Assembly (NCBI GenBank): GCA_963705105.1
Contig: CAVPIW010000009.1
Span: forward strand, 294,896 to 358,895
Length of the DNA: 64,000 nt
Source of the DNA: an uncultured Nitrospiraceae bacterium
GTDB lineage: Bacteria; Nitrospirota; Thermodesulfovibrionia; Thermodesulfovibrionales; Dissulfurispiraceae
Direction of reading: 5' to 3'
Of the stretch, positions 60,101 to 64,000 are shown piece by piece. Each line of letters begins with the position of its first letter. Positions within the stretch are counted from its first letter, which is position 1. Below the pieces are notes generated by a model. It did not search any database and was not told the DNA's origin. It saw only the letters and a list, made by a program, of their open reading frames with translations. A program made the translations under genes and the position numbers.

Positions 60101-60555
60101 GCCCGCTCTTCTTCGACCTGCACCAGAAATTCCGTGCCCCTGATGGTCCCGTTTACAAAGGGCGTCACGACCGTCAGACCTCTGGGGAACCGGCTGAAAA
60201 AATGCAGCGCACCCCTGAGCAAATCGACAAATGAAGTCCCTTCCTTCTCCGCCGTCGGGAAGGTAACGGTCGTCTTCTGGTCCAGGCGGAGAGTCGACTC
60301 GTTGCTCAGGAAGATGTCCGCCCGGCTGAGCTCCTGCACCCTGATCATGTCACCGGGACAGAGGGTATCGTTCAGCCGGATGGGCTGCCATCGGGTGTCT
60401 CCGGATCGCCGCACCTGGACGCTCCCCTCTACCGAGGCCACCCTGGCGACCCACTGCTCGCACGTTTCCGCGGCAGCTCTGACCGGACAGAGCTGGAGGA
60501 CCGCCATGATCACTACTGACACCAGACCCAGGACGCCGACCCGAACATTCTTCAT
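57130..60555 (-). CDS. FecR-domain / TPR / TonB-receptor-like beta-barrel protein
   Basis: Signal peptide; FecR-like VEGSVQV..L.PGD.IR...TP....IRGTEF; TPR block; barrel ending ARNLFD...FMKLTLAI. Confidence 0.8.
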   Translation of the reverse strand: MKNVRVGVLGLVSVVIMAVLQLCPVRAAAETCEQWVARVASVEGSVQVRRSGDTRWQPIRLNDTLCPGDMIRVQELSRADIFLSNESTLRLDQKTTVTFPTAEKEGTSFVDLLRGALHFFSRFPRGLTVVTPFVNGTIRGTEFLVQVEEERATFSVFEGVVALSNDAGSVILQKGQSAVAGKGQAPAIQVVVRPRDAVQWTLHYPPVIDYRLADLPIGEPKDWRTIMRRSVESYQRGDIEGAFHGISDVPEDIRDPRFFNYRASLLLSVGRVEEARGDIAKALGLAPGNGDALALESVIAVAQNEKAKALDLARKAVDANPRSPSARIALSYAHQARFDLAGALDSLKEAVRLDPENALAWARLAELYSSSGYRDESLKAARKAVELNPNLSRTRAVLGFAHLAQIETKAARESFLRAVELDQADPLPRLGLGLAMIREGDLAPGRTEIEIAASLDPGNSLIRSYLGKAFYEEKRDRLATDQFGMAEELDPSDPTPWFYEAIQKQSVNRPVEALKDMQKAIELNDNRAVYRSRLLLDSDLAARSASLARIYSDLGFQQLALVEGWKSVNTDPVNFSAHRFLADTYSALPRHEIARVSELLQSQLLQPININPVQPSLAEPNLFILNGAGPSEPSFKEFNPLFNRNRLGLQVSGVAGSDSTFGDEIVLSGVWNKLSFSLGQFHYETDGYRANNDQRQNIFNIFAQASLSPDTSVQAEFRSRNIKNGDLSLRFEPDDFSQNLRQETDTSSVRLGFHRGFSPGSDIIGSFVYEKATFDTRDTNRAIDDSDPENPIVLDLINAQKTDQKTYSAELQYLFRAEHVSVVAGAGYFRQDRNDLRELGFIFVTPPLPPDVTSTPIESEIHHTNMYVYSQINFPRSVILTIGGSADFVNDEKGDLVDRSQFNPKVGFTFNPLPTTTLRAAVLRVLRRTLPTTSQTVEPTQVAGFNQFFDDLQGTDSWLYGVGLDQRFTGNLYGGAEYYGRDLEVPGEQRRFDWTERSGRLYLYWTPHPWLALNAEYQYEHFDRERPFTEGIEHLKTNRYPLAIGFFHPSGLMARLKATYFDQEGRFHPQGSDFNEPGSTGSDRFWVVDASVGWRLPKRLGIITLEARNLFDTSFKFQDTDPFNPVIQPKRSVFMKLTLAI

Positions 60556-60590
60556 TGATAGTCTCCTGCTCAATGGATTTACCGTTTACC

Positions 60591-62870
60591 TCACTTTTCG
60601 GACAGGCGGACCACCCCGTCCCAGGATTCCCCGGGCGGGCTTTCCTTCAATCGCCTGCACTGTTCAATATAGAAGTCCGAAGGCTTGTCCCGGCCAAGGA
60701 TATCGATACACCGACGGAATTTCCCGGTCGCCTCTTCCCAACACTGTCCCCTGAATGCAGCGAGGGCCTCTGCGAAAACGGCGCACCCCGCCTTCTGCCG
60801 CTCATCCGCCTCGCCGGCGCGGCATATCAGTTCATGGGCGGCAAGGGGCCTGGACTTCCCGACGAAGAGGAATTGCCCCATCTCCCTCGTCAGGAAACCC
60901 TGCTGCTGACTCAGAACATCCCCGGACAGCAGGATGCTCGTCCCCAGGACCTTGTTCAGGCCCTCCAGCCTGGTGGCCGTATTGACGATATCCCCCACAG
61001 GACGGTACTCGTAGTGGTTCGCTGCCCCGATGTTCCCGAGGAGTATCTGACCTGTATGCAAGCCGATACGCGTCGGAAGCTGTAATGCATTGGAGGATTG
61101 ATTGAACCGATTCACGGCGGAAAGAATGTCGAGTGCTGCGAGACAGGCCTTGTTCTTGAGAGGCGACTCGGGCTGTGCCGTTACCCAAATCGACAGCATA
61201 GAGTCCCCTATGACATTCGATACCACCCCGCCATGACGCCTCACAGGCTTGAAGACGACTTCGTAATATTTATTCATGAAACTGCCGAGATCCTTTGGAT
61301 CCATGGTTTCCGACAGCGAGGTATAGTGCTCCGCATCGGTATAGAGGCATGTCCCGAAGAGCACCCGGCTGCTCGTGTCGATCCCGGGCATGCTCTTCGA
61401 CAACTGATCGACCACCTCGTTGGGCAGATAGTATCCAAAGGCCTTCTTTATGTTCCTCCGTTCCCTGTTCGCCTCAGCGTACTTCCATATTACCGCACCG
61501 AACAGGGCGAGGGGGGTCTGGATAAACAACGGCATAACGAGGGGATACCAGGTCACTGTCGTCTTGAAATGGTATTGAGCTGCGAGCGCGTAAAGCACAC
61601 CCAGCAACACCGCGCCTGATACCGAGATGATCGTGGGAGACAGGCGACAAAAGATGCCGATCACCAGTCCCCAGGAAAAGACCGTCGCGAGATGGGCGAA
61701 CAGGGTGAGCGGCCGGACGGGAAGACCCTCCAGAAGGTTCGCAAAAGCCGTGGCCGCGATTTCGACACCACTGATGTCCAGTCCGCTCGATCCTGAATAG
61801 ACGGTGTGGAAACCGTCCTTCTGCTCGGGACGAAGCCGTTCCGAGAGGCCGACAAAGACGGCCTTGCCTTTGAAATCGAATTTCTTCCCCCCCGGAGAAC
61901 TATCTTCCGTGAGCCGGAGGACCTGATCATAGGAGACGGTGGCGACGGTGCCGGGGGGGCCGTAGAACTGCAGGTACTGGCTGTCGGAGCCCTGGTACAT
62001 AGCGATGAGCGCCGCCAGTATCCGGGCCTGCACGGGGTCAAGGCCGCCCTCCCTGCGATCCCCGATAGCTTCCAGCATCTTGGTCCCCACAGAAGGGTCC
62101 TCTTCAAAAATGTCCCTGATGGTCCGCACGAGCTTCTCGATCCCCCTTGCGGCGATTATCGAGTCCCTGTGGCGTGGCAGCTTCGCAGCCTGAGAGGGAC
62201 TGACCTTTTCAAGCAGGCCGACAAACTCCTCATAGACCTCCAGGCTGAAAATCTGAAAGACCACGATCGGCAGGGTCGGCATATTCCCGGCATCGGTCTT
62301 GAAAGTCCAGTACTGACTTACCTTGACAGGGACCTTCGGCAAAGGAAACGGCGCCAGGGCAAGAGCGGATTCAGCGAGGGGAGCAATGGGCAATACGAGC
62401 TTCTGGACGTTCGCTTCAGCCCCGGTGCTCCCTTCCCGCGGGGTCAGGGGAATCCTTTCACACTTGAGGCATTCACAGAGGACGATGTTTCGTGCCCTGG
62501 CGATCGACTCTGCGAACAATCGGTCATCTGATTCGGACCGGGCCTCATCAAAGAGAATGTCAAAGGCGATGACGGCGGCGCCTTCCCTGGCCAGGTTTTC
62601 CGTGAGCCGGCCGTGGAGAGAGCGGGGCCATTTTTCCGGGCTGTCGGGAAGACGAAGCTTGTCAGCGCTCGCCTTGTCGATGCTGACAATGACGACGTCG
62701 GAAGGGGCCTGCCGCGGGCCCCTCAGTTTGAACAGCAACTCGAGACCGAGGTTCTCTTCGAGGTCGAAGATGAAGGGCAGGAGGCTCACCGCCACGCCGA
62801 AAAGGCCGGTGAGCGCGCCGAAGACAAGGGCCTTGACGAGGCGGGACGTCACCGCTTCTCCTCCGTTCAT
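60591..62870 (-). CDS. CHASE2-domain class III nucleotide cyclase with C-terminal TPR-like tail
   Basis: VVIVSID..S, WPR..H, AFDILF (CHASE2); 3 TM; YTDAEHYT, IGDS, RIGLHTG, GDIVNTATRLE. Confidence 0.88.
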   Translation of the reverse strand: MNGGEAVTSRLVKALVFGALTGLFGVAVSLLPFIFDLEENLGLELLFKLRGPRQAPSDVVIVSIDKASADKLRLPDSPEKWPRSLHGRLTENLAREGAAVIAFDILFDEARSESDDRLFAESIARARNIVLCECLKCERIPLTPREGSTGAEANVQKLVLPIAPLAESALALAPFPLPKVPVKVSQYWTFKTDAGNMPTLPIVVFQIFSLEVYEEFVGLLEKVSPSQAAKLPRHRDSIIAARGIEKLVRTIRDIFEEDPSVGTKMLEAIGDRREGGLDPVQARILAALIAMYQGSDSQYLQFYGPPGTVATVSYDQVLRLTEDSSPGGKKFDFKGKAVFVGLSERLRPEQKDGFHTVYSGSSGLDISGVEIAATAFANLLEGLPVRPLTLFAHLATVFSWGLVIGIFCRLSPTIISVSGAVLLGVLYALAAQYHFKTTVTWYPLVMPLFIQTPLALFGAVIWKYAEANRERRNIKKAFGYYLPNEVVDQLSKSMPGIDTSSRVLFGTCLYTDAEHYTSLSETMDPKDLGSFMNKYYEVVFKPVRRHGGVVSNVIGDSMLSIWVTAQPESPLKNKACLAALDILSAVNRFNQSSNALQLPTRIGLHTGQILLGNIGAANHYEYRPVGDIVNTATRLEGLNKVLGTSILLSGDVLSQQQGFLTREMGQFLFVGKSRPLAAHELICRAGEADERQKAGCAVFAEALAAFRGQCWEEATGKFRRCIDILGRDKPSDFYIEQCRRLKESPPGESWDGVVRLSEK

Positions 62871-62884
62871 CGACCGTCACATCG

Positions 62885-62998
62885 ACGAAAAAAAGACCGG
62901 GCACATCGAAGGTTCATCCTTCGGCAGCTCGGCCGTCTTCCGGTGAGAAGACCCGCCGCTTTCCGCCCCTTCCTCACGAAAGGTTTAGCTTTGTCGGG
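62885..62998 (-). ncRNA. GEMM-I cyclic dinucleotide riboswitch (c-di-GMP-I class) with expression platform
   Basis: Minus strand CGACAAAGCUAAACCUUUC-GUGA-GGAAGGGGCGGAAAGCGGCGGGUCUUC..GAAGACGGCCGAGCUGCCGAA, then CGAAGG-augaa-CCUUCG hairpin and U7 just before the cyclase start. Confidence 0.85.
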
Positions 62999-63095
62999 TG
63001 AGCCTGACTTCCTTTGTTGTCAATGCTATCACATATTTCCCGTAGTGTCAATTTTAGATTCTAGAGAGGAACAACGGCGTCCGCCATTGATATGA

Positions 63096-63127
63096 GACGT
63101 CAACAGGCTTTGGCGCCTGTTGACGTC
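63096..63127. terminator. Hairpin after vapC
   Basis: GACGTCAACAGGC-tttggc-GCCTGTTGACGTC. Confidence 0.55.
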
Positions 63128-63170
63128 CCCATGAATCCGTTGGAAGACAAGAGTGATTTATGCCGAACGG

Positions 63171-63590
63171 CTAACGCGAAAAAATCGGAACATTCACCCT
63201 TTTCGCAGCCTCTATCAGCCGGGCATCCAAAGTAGCCAAAGGAAGTCCCTTCCTCATTGAGAGGTCGAGATATGCAGCGTCATAGCTGGAGAGGTTGTGC
63301 ACCCTGGCCAAAGCCAGTAAATCCGCCATGATTGTCTCTGATCGCTCATGATCCACAACGATCGGGAGCTGAGATAAGAGTGTTATAAAACGTATACTGT
63401 CTGCCGCGCCGAGGCGTTTTCTGCGTTCAGCGACGAGCAGGACGTTCACCACCTCAAGAGGCCAGATTGACGGAACAAAGGCAACTGCGTCGGAAAGACT
63501 CTCCAATACTGCATCTGCGTATTGATTTGTCGCATCGTTAAAACACCATGACATGACAACGGAGTTGTCAACGACGAAGGGGTCGCTCAT
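63171..63590 (-). CDS. vapC: VapC-family PIN domain toxin
   Basis: FVVDNSVVMSW, WPLEV.N, LSSYDAAYL, LATLD. Confidence 0.88.
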   Translation of the reverse strand: MSDPFVVDNSVVMSWCFNDATNQYADAVLESLSDAVAFVPSIWPLEVVNVLLVAERRKRLGAADSIRFITLLSQLPIVVDHERSETIMADLLALARVHNLSSYDAAYLDLSMRKGLPLATLDARLIEAAKRVNVPIFSR

Positions 63591-63829
63591 TACCGTCGTC
63601 CATCTTCTATCATCTCACGGACCGTGAGTCCGCCGAGACTGTGTTTGCGCCTGAATGCACGGAGTTCAGCGATGATTGATGCCGCATCAGCAGTCCTTTC
63701 GGGTTCCGGCGGTTGCAGCACAGCGACGGCAACTCCATGTTTCGTGATTGTTATACGTTCACCCTTCATGACACGTTCAAGCAGTTTGGGCAGATGAGTC
63801 TTCGCCTCGTATGCGCCGATTTTTTCCAT
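63590..63829 (-). CDS. Phd/YefM-family (prevent-host-death) antitoxin
   Basis: IGAYEAKTHL.KLLERV.KGERITITKHG; AGGAG RBS. Confidence 0.88.
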   Translation of the reverse strand: MEKIGAYEAKTHLPKLLERVMKGERITITKHGVAVAVLQPPEPERTADAASIIAELRAFRRKHSLGGLTVREMIEDGRR

Positions 63830-63840
63830 CTTCAACTCCT

Positions 63841-63863
63841 TAGACTAGTCTTAGACCAGTCTA
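63841..63863. promoter_or_regulatory. Putative TA autoregulatory operator
   Basis: Tandem palindromes TAGACTAGTCT / TAGACCAGTCTA directly upstream of the antitoxin. Confidence 0.6.
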
Positions 63864-63888
63864 ACATGGCGGGGATCTTTTTTCAATA

Positions 63889-63974
63889 GATGCCGTTCAA
63901 GGTTTTGCTGACCGCCGATGCAGCACGCGATCTCGAAGAGCCTCATGTCTACGTCGCTCTGCATGATACACCCC
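63889..63974 (+). pseudogene. 5' fragment of a RelE/ParE toxin, direct repeat of 54261-54346
   Basis: 86 bp with 8 mismatches counted by eye; similarity stops at 63974; no antitoxin upstream. Confidence 0.7.
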
Positions 63975-64000
63975 CACCTGCCCGTCGAGAAGCCCGAAGT

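Noticed and set aside
56117..62870. Pycsar/CBASS anti-phage system
   Set aside because: The cyclase has a CHASE2 sensor with TM helices, and the cNMP protein has no TIR or TM effector domain. The architecture fits signalling.

Overview
GC-rich bacterial window. Gene order and sequence style suggest Nitrospirota (Thermodesulfovibrionia-like) or a deltaproteobacterium; this is inference. It has three parts. (1) 1-29.6 kb: a sigma54-controlled metal-oxidase/cell-surface island with two very large MnxG-type multicopper oxidases, a YVTN beta-propeller, four secreted proteins built from shared modules, a NosL/ABC putative copper-delivery operon and a divergent PAS-sigma54 activator. Six sigma54 -24/-12 candidates and shared TGTCA/TGACA upstream blocks are visible. 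A four-helix-bundle (IVS-protein family) gene interrupts the ABC operon and is flanked by mutually complementary (AGTGTG)n/(CACACT)n arrays. (2) 29.6-53.8 kb: housekeeping genes (cls, atpF'FHAGDC, cysteine desulfurase, rapZ, hpf, rpoN with a poly-C frameshift, lptCAB, aroE, pgsA, rpe, rsmB, fmt, def) whose spacers carry a modular family of miniature inverted-repeat elements. (3) 54-64 kb: an accessory island bracketed by two TA loci and an 86-bp direct repeat. It holds a GEMM-I cyclic-dinucleotide riboswitch upstream of a CHASE2 class III cyclase with non-canonical specificity residues, a FecR-TPR-barrel protein, a small Cys-rich protein, a cNMP-binding protein and an FAD oxidoreductase.
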